From: Nanobdellota archaeon
GTDB taxonomy: Archaea; Nanobdellota; Nanobdellia; Pacearchaeales; GW2011-AR1
NCBI GenBank assembly: GCA_022703705.1
Contig: JAKLDD010000003.1
Span: forward strand, 1 to 51,766
Reading direction: 5' to 3'
DNA: 51,766 bases
A model generated the notes under the pieces. The model saw nothing but the letters and a program-made list of their open reading frames with translations. It had not been told where the DNA came from and searched no databases. Positions 36,863 to 46,216 of the stretch are shown here, one piece after another; within the stretch, counting starts at the first letter, position 1, and every line of letters begins with the position of its first letter. Made by a program: the position numbers and the translations under genes.

Positions 36863-37975
36863 ATGGAACAAGAAAAAAAAGAGAACTTGGACGAACCCCC
36901 ACCCAATACAAATTATCTGCAAACTTCAAGATTTATTTCTGATATAAATTTACTAAAAAAAGAATTATCAAAAAGAAATATTTTTCTTAGCGAAAATGAG
37001 ATCAAAGAGATAAATGAAGTTACAAAAAAATATCCAATGAGAATTAATTCTTATTATCTTTCACTTATCAGAGAAAAAGGAGATCCTATTTGGAATCAAT
37101 GTGTACCTAGAATAGAAGAAATAAAAAACACTATTGGAGAAGAAGATCCTTTGAGAGAGGAAAATGGAATTCCTTTTTTAACTCATAGATACCCTGACAG
37201 ATGTCTTTTAATTGTTTCAAATACTTGCGCAATGTATTGCAGATTTTGCACAAGAAAGAGAAAAGTCGGAGAAATCTTAAAGAACCCCTCAAAAAAAGAT
37301 ATTTTAAAAGCAATTTCTTACATAAAAGAACATAAAGAAATACGGGATGTAATTTTATCAGGAGGGGACCCTCTTTTATTGAACGATAAATTTCTTGAAA
37401 ACATTTTAATTGAAGTAAGAAAAATACCCCATATTGAAATGATAAGAATTGGTACAAGGGTTCCTTGTGTAATGCCTGAGAGAATAACAGATAAATTATG
37501 CGATTTACTAAAAAAATATAATAAAAACCCTCAACTTTACATAAACACGCATTTTGAACATCCAAGAGAAATAACAGAAGAATCAAAAATTGCCTGTGCA
37601 AAATTAATTGATGCAGGAATTCCCCTAGGAAATCAAAGTGTTTTATTAAAAAACGTAAATGACAAACCTGGGATAATAAAGGAATTAAATCAAAAACTTT
37701 TGTCAATAGGTGTTCGGCCTTATTATCTTTATCAACCGGATTTGGTAAAAGGAACTGCACATTTCAGAGGCCCTGTAAAAAATGGTTTAAGAATAATACA
37801 AGAATTAAGGGGTTTTACAAGTGGTATGGCTGTTCCCCAATTTGTTATTGATTCACCGGGGGGTGGAGGAAAAATACCTCTCCTTCCAAAATATGCATCC
37901 CTAAAAAAAGACGGAAGTGTTAAAATGAAAAACTATCAAAAAAAGACATTTAATTATCCTGCAGATATTAAATAA
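36863..37975 (+). CDS. kamA: KamA-family radical SAM enzyme (lysine 2,3-aminomutase-like)
   Basis: CAMYCRFCTRKR (CxxxCxxC), SGGDPLLL, and the C-terminal PGGGGKIP typical of KamA. Confidence 0.8.
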   Translation: MEQEKKENLDEPPPNTNYLQTSRFISDINLLKKELSKRNIFLSENEIKEINEVTKKYPMRINSYYLSLIREKGDPIWNQCVPRIEEIKNTIGEEDPLREENGIPFLTHRYPDRCLLIVSNTCAMYCRFCTRKRKVGEILKNPSKKDILKAISYIKEHKEIRDVILSGGDPLLLNDKFLENILIEVRKIPHIEMIRIGTRVPCVMPERITDKLCDLLKKYNKNPQLYINTHFEHPREITEESKIACAKLIDAGIPLGNQSVLLKNVNDKPGIIKELNQKLLSIGVRPYYLYQPDLVKGTAHFRGPVKNGLRIIQELRGFTSGMAVPQFVIDSPGGGGKIPLLPKYASLKKDGSVKMKNYQKKTFNYPADIK

Positions 37976-38669
37976 TTACTTTTTTGAATTCTTTTTGTAA
38001 ATATTTGTTCAACAAACTGGGATTTTGTCTGCAAAAATATTCTATCTCACTAGAAGCTTCATGAGCAGTATCATAACTTTCTCCCAAGCACATTAAATTT
38101 CTTTCATGAACTTCGTGCAATAAAACAAACTTTATCTCACGTAAAGTCAAGTCATCATCTAGCCAAATTTCTCCTGCAGGAATAAAGGGATAAACTTTGT
38201 CATGCCCTCCCTCTGTAAAGTCTATAAAAAACAAATCTCTAACCATTCTTCCATCAACAATCCAAACCTTAAGTTTTCTACTGTATTTTTTTAATAATCT
38301 TTTATGAACAGACTCCGCATTTTCTTTTATTTTTCTCTTTGTCTCAATTCCTTTTCTTATTAAGTAATCTTTTATTCTCTCCTTTCTTTCAACAGAATTT
38401 GCCTTATCAACTGCTTCTGTATATTCTATGCCCTTAGCCATTAATCTATTCTCTATGAGCATATTACTTATGTAGAATTTTTCTTCCCCCGGCACTTTCT
38501 GTTTATCTATCCAAAACTCTTTTTCTGGAATAAAATTAAACCTGTAATGTTGCCCATAATTAGTAAACTCTCTATCTATTTTTGAGCGAATATATTCTCC
38601 ATCAACAATCCAAACCCTAAATCCAGAAATATCAGAAAACTTTTTTATGTATGGCTTGCCTCTTTTCAT
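37968..38669 (-). CDS. Internally duplicated protein; C-terminal copy carries HExxH (putative metallopeptidase-like)
   Basis: Repeat 1 is FRVWIVDGEYIRSKIDREFTNYGQHYRFNFIPEKEFWIDK. Repeat 2 is LKVWIVDGRMVRDLFFIDFTEGGHDKVYPFIPAGEIWLDD. HEVHE is present only in repeat 2, where repeat 1 has NMLIE. Confidence 0.45.
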   Translation of the reverse strand: MKRGKPYIKKFSDISGFRVWIVDGEYIRSKIDREFTNYGQHYRFNFIPEKEFWIDKQKVPGEEKFYISNMLIENRLMAKGIEYTEAVDKANSVERKERIKDYLIRKGIETKRKIKENAESVHKRLLKKYSRKLKVWIVDGRMVRDLFFIDFTEGGHDKVYPFIPAGEIWLDDDLTLREIKFVLLHEVHERNLMCLGESYDTAHEASSEIEYFCRQNPSLLNKYLQKEFKKVII

Positions 38670-38716
38670 TTTCTTTTTTTAGATAATATTATTACTAAAA
38701 GATGATTTAAATATCT

Positions 38717-39778
38717 TTAGATAAAAAAATTTATATTATTAATAAGATTCTCTTTAAATTTACTCAAATCTTTTTTTCGAAATATTGCTGAGGCTGCTCT
38801 AGGATGTCCTCCGGCGTTAGAATCTTTCAATCCTTTCACACACTTTTTAAGAAGTTTACCAAGATCTATTTTACCTGTTTGATTTCTAGCACTTAATTTT
38901 ACAAAACCTTTCTTATCTTCCATATCAGAGATTAATACAACTGTATTTTCTCTGAAACTTTCATCAGATAATTTACTCGCTATTACAGAAACTATATTAT
39001 ATTTTGGATTACCATAGGCAAAATACAATTTTTGCTCAGAAAAATACTCTGCTTCTCTCTTAAATTTATCAATCCAGACTTCAATTTCTTTACGTATAAC
39101 CTTATCTGCCCTATTAAGAGAAGTTAAATCTTTTATTAAGACTAAATTATAAATCCTATTAAAATCAGGAGAATAATATATCAAAGCATTATTAATCTTT
39201 TTACCAATTTTACCGGGTTCAGAATCCCATATTGATTTATCCTTGACTATTTTAGGATAAACAGACTTAAGAAATTCAAAATTATCAGGATTTTTATCCC
39301 AAGTATAATCAGAAATTATTGCTGCACTAGCCAACCAACTCCATTTTTTTGTATCAAAAAACTTTCCTTTAAAAGCCAAATCAAATAGAGCATGAGAAGA
39401 ACAATAATTAGATTCTGTCTTAATGATCCCAGATTTATTTTTTAATTCCTCATTAGGGGGATGATGATCAAATACTAAAAATCTGGACTTATTTCTAATC
39501 TCTTCCAAATCTTCAGGATAATTATCTGCATTCCAATCTGTAAAAAACAGAACATCAAATTCTTTTTTAATAACTTCTTTAAGAGTTCCAGGACCATAAT
39601 TAAGAAACTCCATGAATTCTATTTTTAATCCTTTAAATTCAAGTATCTTCTGCAAGAATATCCCAGAGACAATGCCATCAACATCTGTATGTGTAACAAC
39701 CCCAATTTTATCTTTCTTAGAGATAGAATTTACAAATTTATAAAAGTCATCTTCAGAGCCTAAAACATATCCATTCAT
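38717..39778 (-). CDS. DHH/DHHA1-family phosphoesterase (RecJ/NrnA-like)
   Basis: HTDVDGIVSG (motif I), FTDWNAD, FDHHPP (DHH) and AGGHPRAAS (DHHA1 GGH). Confidence 0.75.
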   Translation of the reverse strand: MNGYVLGSEDDFYKFVNSISKKDKIGVVTHTDVDGIVSGIFLQKILEFKGLKIEFMEFLNYGPGTLKEVIKKEFDVLFFTDWNADNYPEDLEEIRNKSRFLVFDHHPPNEELKNKSGIIKTESNYCSSHALFDLAFKGKFFDTKKWSWLASAAIISDYTWDKNPDNFEFLKSVYPKIVKDKSIWDSEPGKIGKKINNALIYYSPDFNRIYNLVLIKDLTSLNRADKVIRKEIEVWIDKFKREAEYFSEQKLYFAYGNPKYNIVSVIASKLSDESFRENTVVLISDMEDKKGFVKLSARNQTGKIDLGKLLKKCVKGLKDSNAGGHPRAASAIFRKKDLSKFKENLINNINFFI

Positions 39779-40440
39779 TCTTTTCTCAATATTTCACACC
39801 TTATATTATTTTCTTCGCATAATTCTTTGAATTCAAAGGCGTCTTTATTTTCACCGATAATAGAACCATAATGCATGGGGATTGCTAAAGTAGGTTTTAT
39901 TAATTTAACTGCCTCAAATGCCTCCTCAGAATTCATAGTAAATCTCCCCCCAACAGGCAAAAGAGCAACAAATTCTTTTCCTGATTGCTTATACCCAGTA
40001 AGTTTTTGCATTTCTGGGATTAAATCGCTATCTCCTGCATGATAAATTAAAATATTATTTATTTTTATTAAATATCCCACCCATGCTTCTTCTTTTGGAT
40101 GAAATTTCTTATCAATATTATATGCAGGTAAAATTGATATTTTAACATCCCCTAAATCAAGTTCTTGTCCAGGTTCAACAATCTCCATTTTAATTGGCAC
40201 ATTAAATCGTGTAATTTTGCTTTGGCAATCTGCAGTTAAAAGAATTTTTGTTCCTTCCTGAATAATTTTCTCAATATCCATAACACTACAATGATCATAA
40301 TGGCTATGGGTTATTAGAATTATATCTGCTTTATCCATTCCGGTCTTTATGTTATATGGATCAATATAAATTGTTTTTGAATTTTTAATCAAAAATCCAG
40401 AATGTCCCAACCATTTAAGATTAACCTCTGAAATTAACAT
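39775..40440 (-). CDS. Metallo-beta-lactamase-fold hydrolase (UPF0173-like)
   Basis: LKWLGHSGFLIK and ILITHSHYDH (HxHxDH). Confidence 0.75.
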   Translation of the reverse strand: MLISEVNLKWLGHSGFLIKNSKTIYIDPYNIKTGMDKADIILITHSHYDHCSVMDIEKIIQEGTKILLTADCQSKITRFNVPIKMEIVEPGQELDLGDVKISILPAYNIDKKFHPKEEAWVGYLIKINNILIYHAGDSDLIPEMQKLTGYKQSGKEFVALLPVGGRFTMNSEEAFEAVKLIKPTLAIPMHYGSIIGENKDAFEFKELCEENNIRCEILRKE

Positions 40441-40518
40441 AAGATAAAAGAAGAAAGATTATTTTTAAAGATTATTGTAGAAAAGAATTTTTAAAATAAG
40501 TATTAATTAAAAAATCAA

Positions 40519-40605
40519 TTAAAATTCTTCTTCATCAAGGTCTTCATCCATATCTTCATCTTCTTCCTCTTCATCTTCAATAGATTCTTCTTTGAATTTA
40601 GGCAT
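40519..40605 (-). CDS. Tiny hyper-acidic peptide (28 aa), tentative
   Basis: MPKFKEESIEDEEEEDEDMDEDLDEEEF. GGAGGT (40617-40612) lies 6 nt upstream of the ATG. The ORF is below the track length cutoff. Confidence 0.4.
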   Translation of the reverse strand: MPKFKEESIEDEEEEDEDMDEDLDEEEF

Positions 40606-40742
40606 TGTTTTACCTCCAAATTTAAGTAAAATCACTTTTCTTTCTATATTTTTAAACATATTGTTACACTCAAAAATAGATAAAAAAGTCAAGAAAAGTT
40701 TAAAAAAGCAAAAATGCTAGACGATTACTAAAAAATAATAAA

Positions 40743-41129
40743 ATGGAATCAAATTCATATATTGACGCTTTAAGAAACTCGAAAACGAGCGATACTCTTA
40801 TGAGGCTATCTCCAAGAAGACAAATTGTTGAAAAACAAAAAAGAAGATGTTATATGTGCGAAAAAACACTTGAAAACATAACCTGTTATTTCTCTGTTGT
40901 TGAAGGTCCAGATATGAACACAGGAATAAATTCTAAAGAATTGAGAGCTATTTGCCCATCTTGCTTTTTTGCATTAAAGGAAAATCCTGTAAAGGAAGTT
41001 AAAAAGTCAAAAGATGCAGAAAGAGAAAAAGCAAAACAAAAAAAACAGGAAGAAGAAGAGGTTAATTTATTCAAGGAGCTTAAACTCAAGCACAGCACAA
41101 AGGATGAGATGTACGATCAGTGGAATTAA
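40743..41129 (+). CDS. Hypothetical CxxC...CxxC protein with K/E-rich tail
   Basis: RRCYMCEKTL ... ICPSCFFAL suggests a zinc ribbon or degenerate HNH-like fold. Confidence 0.4.
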   Translation: MESNSYIDALRNSKTSDTLMRLSPRRQIVEKQKRRCYMCEKTLENITCYFSVVEGPDMNTGINSKELRAICPSCFFALKENPVKEVKKSKDAEREKAKQKKQEEEEVNLFKELKLKHSTKDEMYDQWN

Positions 41130-41277
41130 AAAAATTCTGATATAATTAATTTTCAATCATTTCTCTTATCCTATTAAAATTTTAAGTTATCTGTAACAGT
41201 TATCTCAAATTAAATGATAATGTTGATTAAAAGTCGAACAAGAGTATGATTTTACACACATTAACTAAATATCGAAT

Positions 41278-42579
41278 TTAAGGTGTAAATCTTGCCATTG
41301 TTCTAGGAAATGCAATTGCATCTTTTATTGTATCTAAACCGCATATCCAAGAAATTATTCTTTCAACACCCATTCCAAAGCCCCCGTGAGGAACACTTCC
41401 ATATTTTCTTGTATCTAAATAAAAAGAATATTGTTCTGGCTTTTCTCCCATTTCAATTAATCTCTTTTTAATCTTATTAGGATCTGCTTCTCTTTCACTT
41501 CCCCCAATTAATTCTCCATAACCTTCTGGTCCAATAAAATCACATCCATTAACAACTTTAGGATTTCCTTCTGTCTCTTTCATATAAAACGCTTTAACTT
41601 CTTTTGGATAATTTGTAACAATTATGGGAGTATCATGCAACTTACTTAATTCATCCTCTTCAATTGTTCTCAAATCTTTGCCCCAAGGAATTTTTATCTT
41701 TGCTTTTTCTTTAAGAATTTTTAAAGCATCATCATAAGTCATTCTTGGAAAAGGTTTTTTTACAGTAGGTTCTAATTTTTTAATATCTCTCTCTAGAATT
41801 TCAAGTTCTGGTTTATTTTCATCCAAAACTTTTTTTACAATATGTTTTATTAATCCTTCACCATAATCTTGAATATCCTTAAAAGTCGCCCAGGCAACTT
41901 CCATTTCATTCATCCATAATTCAGTTAAATGCCTTGAAGTTTTACTTTCTTCTGCCCTAAATGCAGGTGAAATAGTGTAAATTTTTTCTAAAGCAAATAT
42001 TGCTGGCTCAGCATACAATTGCCAAGTCTGAGCTAAAAATACTCCTTTCTTTCCAAAATAATCTACATTAAATAAGCTACTTCCCCCCTCACACTGAACT
42101 GCTTGAAATATTGGACTCTGATATTCATAAAATCCATTTTTTCTAAAATATTCATGTATTGCATTAAATACAGTGCTTCTTATCTTAAGTATTGCGGTCA
42201 TCTTTCTGCTTCTTAACCATAAATGCCTTCTATCTCCAAGCAATTCTTCATTTAAGTCTTTATTAATAGGGTAATCTTCTGCAATTTGTATAATATTTAT
42301 TTTCTTAACCTGAATTTCAAAACCTGTTGGGGCTCTTTTGTCTTCTTTTACTTCTCCAATTATTTCGAGAGAGCTTTCAATTTTTATTTTATCTATCTCA
42401 TCCCACTGCTTTTCAAAATTTTTCTTTTCAAGAACACATTGAATAATATTAGAACTATCTCTCAATACAATAAATTTCATAGCATTGCTTCCTCTTTCTC
42501 TATAAACCCATCCGCGAACTGCTACTTCTCCCTTCTTCTTTTCAATTGCTTCTTGTATTGAAATAAATTTATGAACCAT
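41278..42579 (-). CDS. asnS: Asparaginyl-tRNA synthetase
   Basis: Class IIb enzyme with an N-terminal OB domain. AFRAEESKTSRHLTELWMNEMEVAW is AsnRS-type motif 2, and GGFGMGVERI is motif 3. Confidence 0.75.
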   Translation of the reverse strand: MVHKFISIQEAIEKKKGEVAVRGWVYRERGSNAMKFIVLRDSSNIIQCVLEKKNFEKQWDEIDKIKIESSLEIIGEVKEDKRAPTGFEIQVKKINIIQIAEDYPINKDLNEELLGDRRHLWLRSRKMTAILKIRSTVFNAIHEYFRKNGFYEYQSPIFQAVQCEGGSSLFNVDYFGKKGVFLAQTWQLYAEPAIFALEKIYTISPAFRAEESKTSRHLTELWMNEMEVAWATFKDIQDYGEGLIKHIVKKVLDENKPELEILERDIKKLEPTVKKPFPRMTYDDALKILKEKAKIKIPWGKDLRTIEEDELSKLHDTPIIVTNYPKEVKAFYMKETEGNPKVVNGCDFIGPEGYGELIGGSEREADPNKIKKRLIEMGEKPEQYSFYLDTRKYGSVPHGGFGMGVERIISWICGLDTIKDAIAFPRTMARFTP

Positions 42580-42659
42580 CTTTAAACATAGAAAAAGGGG
42601 TTTAATAAATTTTATCTATTCTTACTAATCTTTATATATCCGATATTCAAACAATTTTA

Positions 42660-43793
42660 ATGGTATTTGAAATAAAACATAAAGATAAAAAAACATCTGC
42701 AAGGATAGGAATTCTCCAGACAAAAAAAGGAAAAGTTGAAACTCCTTTTTTTATGCCTGTTGCAACTCGTGGAAGTGTAAAAACTTTAGACTCTCATGAA
42801 CTTCAAAAAATAAAAGTTCCAGCTGTTATTTCTAATGCATTAATTCTTTCTCTAAGAGAAGGGGAAACAATAGTAAACAAATTCAAGGGGATTGGAAAAT
42901 TCATGAATTACAAAGGAATAAATTTCACAGATTCTGGAGGATTTCAAATGTATTCTCCCAGCATTTATTTAAAATCTACAAAAGAAGGGATTTTTTTTAG
43001 AAATCCTTTAAATGGAGAAAAAATATTCATGACTCCTGAAAAAAATATGGAATTACAATTAAAAATATCAAGCGAAGTTGCAATGTGTCTTGATTCTATG
43101 CCAATGTATCATAATACAACAAAAAATCAAATTGAAGAAGCTGTAAAAAAAACATCACTTTGGGCAAAAAGATGTAAGCTTCATCACGATGAATTACAAA
43201 AAGATACAAAAACAGACAAACGTCAACTTTTATTTGGAATAATTCAAGGGGGAAAATATGAAGACTTAAGAGGACTCTCAACAAAACAACTTTTAGAAAT
43301 AGATTTTGATGGATATTCTATTGGAGGTTTTGGTTTAGGGGAAACAATTGAAGAAGAATTTAACATTGTCAAAAAAGTAAAACAAATGCTTCCAGAGAAC
43401 AAACCAGTATATCTTATGGGAATTGGAAATCCAGTTGAAATATTAAAAGGAATTTCTATGGGGGTGGATATTTTTGATTCAAGAATGCCAACACAAAATG
43501 CAAGGCGGGGTTCTTTATTCACATCAGAAGGAAAATTGCGTATTCTTAGAGAAGCTTGCAAATTCGACAAAAATCCAATTGACAAAAACTGTAGTTGCTT
43601 TGTATGTAAAAACTACAGCCGTGCTTTCATCCGTTATCAGCTCATCCACGATGAATTTACAGGGAAAAAACTTGCTACATATCATAACATTTACTATCTC
43701 ACAAACCTAATAAATATAGCAAAGGAAAAAATCAAAGAGGGGAAATTCAAAGATTTCATGAAAGAAGTTGAGGGAAAGTATAAAGAAAATTAA
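42660..43793 (+). CDS. tgt: tRNA-guanine transglycosylase family enzyme, short form without PUA/C-terminal domains
   Basis: TPFFMPVAT.GSVK, TDSGGFQ, LFGIIQGGKYEDLR, FDGYSIGG, YLMGIGNP, the zinc site CSCFVCKNYSRAF...H, and HNIYY. Confidence 0.8.
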   Translation: MVFEIKHKDKKTSARIGILQTKKGKVETPFFMPVATRGSVKTLDSHELQKIKVPAVISNALILSLREGETIVNKFKGIGKFMNYKGINFTDSGGFQMYSPSIYLKSTKEGIFFRNPLNGEKIFMTPEKNMELQLKISSEVAMCLDSMPMYHNTTKNQIEEAVKKTSLWAKRCKLHHDELQKDTKTDKRQLLFGIIQGGKYEDLRGLSTKQLLEIDFDGYSIGGFGLGETIEEEFNIVKKVKQMLPENKPVYLMGIGNPVEILKGISMGVDIFDSRMPTQNARRGSLFTSEGKLRILREACKFDKNPIDKNCSCFVCKNYSRAFIRYQLIHDEFTGKKLATYHNIYYLTNLINIAKEKIKEGKFKDFMKEVEGKYKEN

Positions 43794-44086
43794 AGATTAA
43801 CTTTCCATTTATCAATTTGATATCTATCACCTCTTTTAATAACTTTATCTCTTGTACTTTTTTGTAATTTAGATAATCTTGAATTATTAACTTTAGACTC
43901 AATATGCACTTTTCTTACTTTACCAGTCATCCAATTCATCTCGGTAGAAGTAAAATCTTGACCCTTAGGATCTCTTTTAGGAGAAAATCCAAGATTTTTA
44001 ATTTCCCAATTCTTTTTACTTAACTGCTCTCCAATTTTACCTTTAATTTGATTTTCCTTTAATTTCTCTTTAATAGTTTTTTTCAT
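43790..44086 (-). CDS. Small protein with possible PD-(D/E)xK nuclease motif (Hjc-like layout)
   Basis: KGKIGEQL...GQDFTSTE...VHIESKVNN gives an E...D...E-x-K spacing reminiscent of Hjc-type resolvases. Weak call. Confidence 0.3.
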   Translation of the reverse strand: MKKTIKEKLKENQIKGKIGEQLSKKNWEIKNLGFSPKRDPKGQDFTSTEMNWMTGKVRKVHIESKVNNSRLSKLQKSTRDKVIKRGDRYQIDKWKVNL

Positions 44087-44092
44087 TTTAAC

Positions 44093-45364
44093 TCACGGAG
44101 TTAATCTTGTTCTATCTCTTGGGAACATTGTCGCTTCTTTAACATTATCCAACCCACATATAATCTGAGTTATTCTCTCGAGGCCGATACTCCATCCAGA
44201 ATGTGGTGGAGCACCATATCTAAAGCTATCTACATATGCTTTAAAATTATCTGGATTCAATCCCTTAGCTTTCAATCTTGCAATAAGTAAATCTGGAATA
44301 TGTATTCTCTGACCTCCTGAAGAAATTTCAATACCCCCATAAAGAGCATCAAACCCTTCACTTAATTTAGCATCTTTCTTTTCATCTTTAGTCATAATAT
44401 AAAATGGTTTTATTGAAGTGGGCCATGAATGTGTAAAAACTATCTCTCCAGGATACATTTCACAAAGTTTTCTTTCTTCTTCTGGTGTAAAGTCTTCTCC
44501 AATTTTACCCCCAACTTTCTTAAGTGCTTCTTCATAACTTAGGTATACCCCTTTAGGAACTTTCAAATGTTTAATTTCTAAAATTTCAAGTTGATGTTTA
44601 CATTTCTCTAAAACCTGTTTAACAATAAATTGCACAACTTCTTCAAGCTCTTTCATAATAGACATTTGATTTGTAAATGCACACTCAATGTCCATTTGTC
44701 TAATTTCATTGATATGCCTAGTAGTATTATGCTTCTCTGCTCTCCAAACAGGAGTTATAGTAAAAGTGTTACCTAAAGAACATGCAAGCATCTGTTTATA
44801 CAACTGAGGAGATTGTGCTAAATACGCTTTTTGCTCAAAGTACTGCACAGAAAATAATTCAGTTCCCCCTTCTGAAGCTGCACTAATTATACAAGGAGGT
44901 TGTATCTCAATAAAACCTTTATTGTAAAAATGCTCTCTAAAAGAATTCGCAATAACTGTTTGAATTTCAAATATTGCTTGAATCTTAGGTTTTCTTATAT
45001 CCAAAAATCTATAATCTAATCTATTCTGAAATTCAGTTGTAGTTGTTTTTTCATTAACATGAATGGGTAATTTCTCTGCCTTACTTATAACCTCGATACT
45101 TTCAACATCAACCTCAACATCTTCTCTAACAAATTCTGCTTTAACTTTTGCTGATTTTGTTTTTCCCTTTATCTCCACTGCACTTTCAAGGCTTAAATCA
45201 GATAATTTTGATAATTCTTTACCCTGAACAACACACTGAACAATTCCTGTTTTATCCCTAAGCAAAACAAAACCCAACTTAGCAAGAACTCTTATCTCAT
45301 ATACCCAACCTTTCAACAAAACTTTTTTATCTGTTTTTAAATCTTCAACTAAAGTTCTTTCCAT
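44093..45364 (-). CDS. aspS: Aspartyl-tRNA synthetase (archaeal type)
   Basis: N-terminal OB domain, VWRAEKHNTTRHINEIRQMDIECAF (archaeal AspRS motif 2) and GWSIGLERI (motif 3). Confidence 0.8.
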   Translation of the reverse strand: MERTLVEDLKTDKKVLLKGWVYEIRVLAKLGFVLLRDKTGIVQCVVQGKELSKLSDLSLESAVEIKGKTKSAKVKAEFVREDVEVDVESIEVISKAEKLPIHVNEKTTTTEFQNRLDYRFLDIRKPKIQAIFEIQTVIANSFREHFYNKGFIEIQPPCIISAASEGGTELFSVQYFEQKAYLAQSPQLYKQMLACSLGNTFTITPVWRAEKHNTTRHINEIRQMDIECAFTNQMSIMKELEEVVQFIVKQVLEKCKHQLEILEIKHLKVPKGVYLSYEEALKKVGGKIGEDFTPEEERKLCEMYPGEIVFTHSWPTSIKPFYIMTKDEKKDAKLSEGFDALYGGIEISSGGQRIHIPDLLIARLKAKGLNPDNFKAYVDSFRYGAPPHSGWSIGLERITQIICGLDNVKEATMFPRDRTRLTP

Positions 45365-45409
45365 GAAAATAACACAAAAACGGGGTTTTTTAATTTATCT
45401 GGTTTAGAA

Positions 45410-46215
45410 TTATAAATTTATTATCTTATGTCCAGCAACACCAAGATTGTAAACTTCTGTTTTGCCTATTTTTACCTTTCCTTCTCCTTCGTGAATATGC
45501 CCACAAAAAACATATTTGGGTTGATATTTTTTAACATAATCTAATATAACCTTGCTACCAGCATGTTTGCCAATCCAATTCTTAGGGGGATTATATTTTG
45601 AAGAAATTTTATCTAAATAACCATAAGGAGGTTGATGACAAACTAGAATATCCAAGTTCTTAAAATTTTTTAAAATTCTCTTTGCTTTAATTGTTTCTTT
45701 TTTTGCTTTATTCAATCTATTATTATAATCAGAGGGTTTAAACTCCTTAACCCAGCTTGTATCTATAAAATATTCCAGAAAACCAACTCTCAATCCATTA
45801 ATATTTCTTACAACATTTTTAACACGATAAAAATTATTAATTTTACTAATGCCCTTCTTAAGATAAGGCAATTTAATTTTGAATTTATTTTCATCTTTTT
45901 TAACCTCTGAATTCTTTATCATATCCGTTCCGATATTTCCTAAAATAGAATAAGTTTGAGCAATTTTTGAGAGATATTCTAAAATATTTATAGTCGAACC
46001 ATAAATCTCTTGGTAAATTCTCTTAGTATCTAATTTAGTGAACTCCAATTTTGGTAACCCTTCCTTTTGTCTTTTAATATTTTCAAAAACTTTTTGTCTA
46101 ACAAAATCTGATTTACCTAAATCCCCTGTTATTAAAACTAAACCAATTCCATTTAGAGAAATATCCCTTATTTTTTTATATCTCCATGAGGATCTCCTAC
46201 CGCTAAAATTTTCAT
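45410..46215 (-). pseudogene. Metallophosphoesterase (YfcE/MJ0936-like) split by a frame change at an A7 tract (true pseudogene, homopolymer error, or -1 recoding)
   Basis: ATG 46215 encodes MKILAVGDPHGDIKK and then TAA at 46170-46168. The -1 frame continues IRDISLNGIGLVLITGDLGKSD...LGNIGTD...CHQPP...CGHIHEGEG. That puts phosphoesterase motif I upstream of the break and motifs II-V downstream of it. The track ORF 45410..46048 starts at an internal TTG. Confidence 0.7.
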
Positions 46216-46216
46216 C

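Noticed and set aside
37131-37760. 209-aa minus-strand ORF
   Set aside because: It lies entirely inside the KamA-family radical SAM gene, which has unmistakable CxxxCxxC and GGGGK motifs. The antisense product is low-complexity Leu/Phe-rich.
41278-45364. Two class IIb synthetases 1.5 kb apart as a recent duplication
   Set aside because: Their motif 2 regions differ in the diagnostic way: FRAEESKTSRHL is AsnRS-type and WRAEKHNTTRHI is archaeal AspRS-type. They are distinct enzymes, not duplicates.
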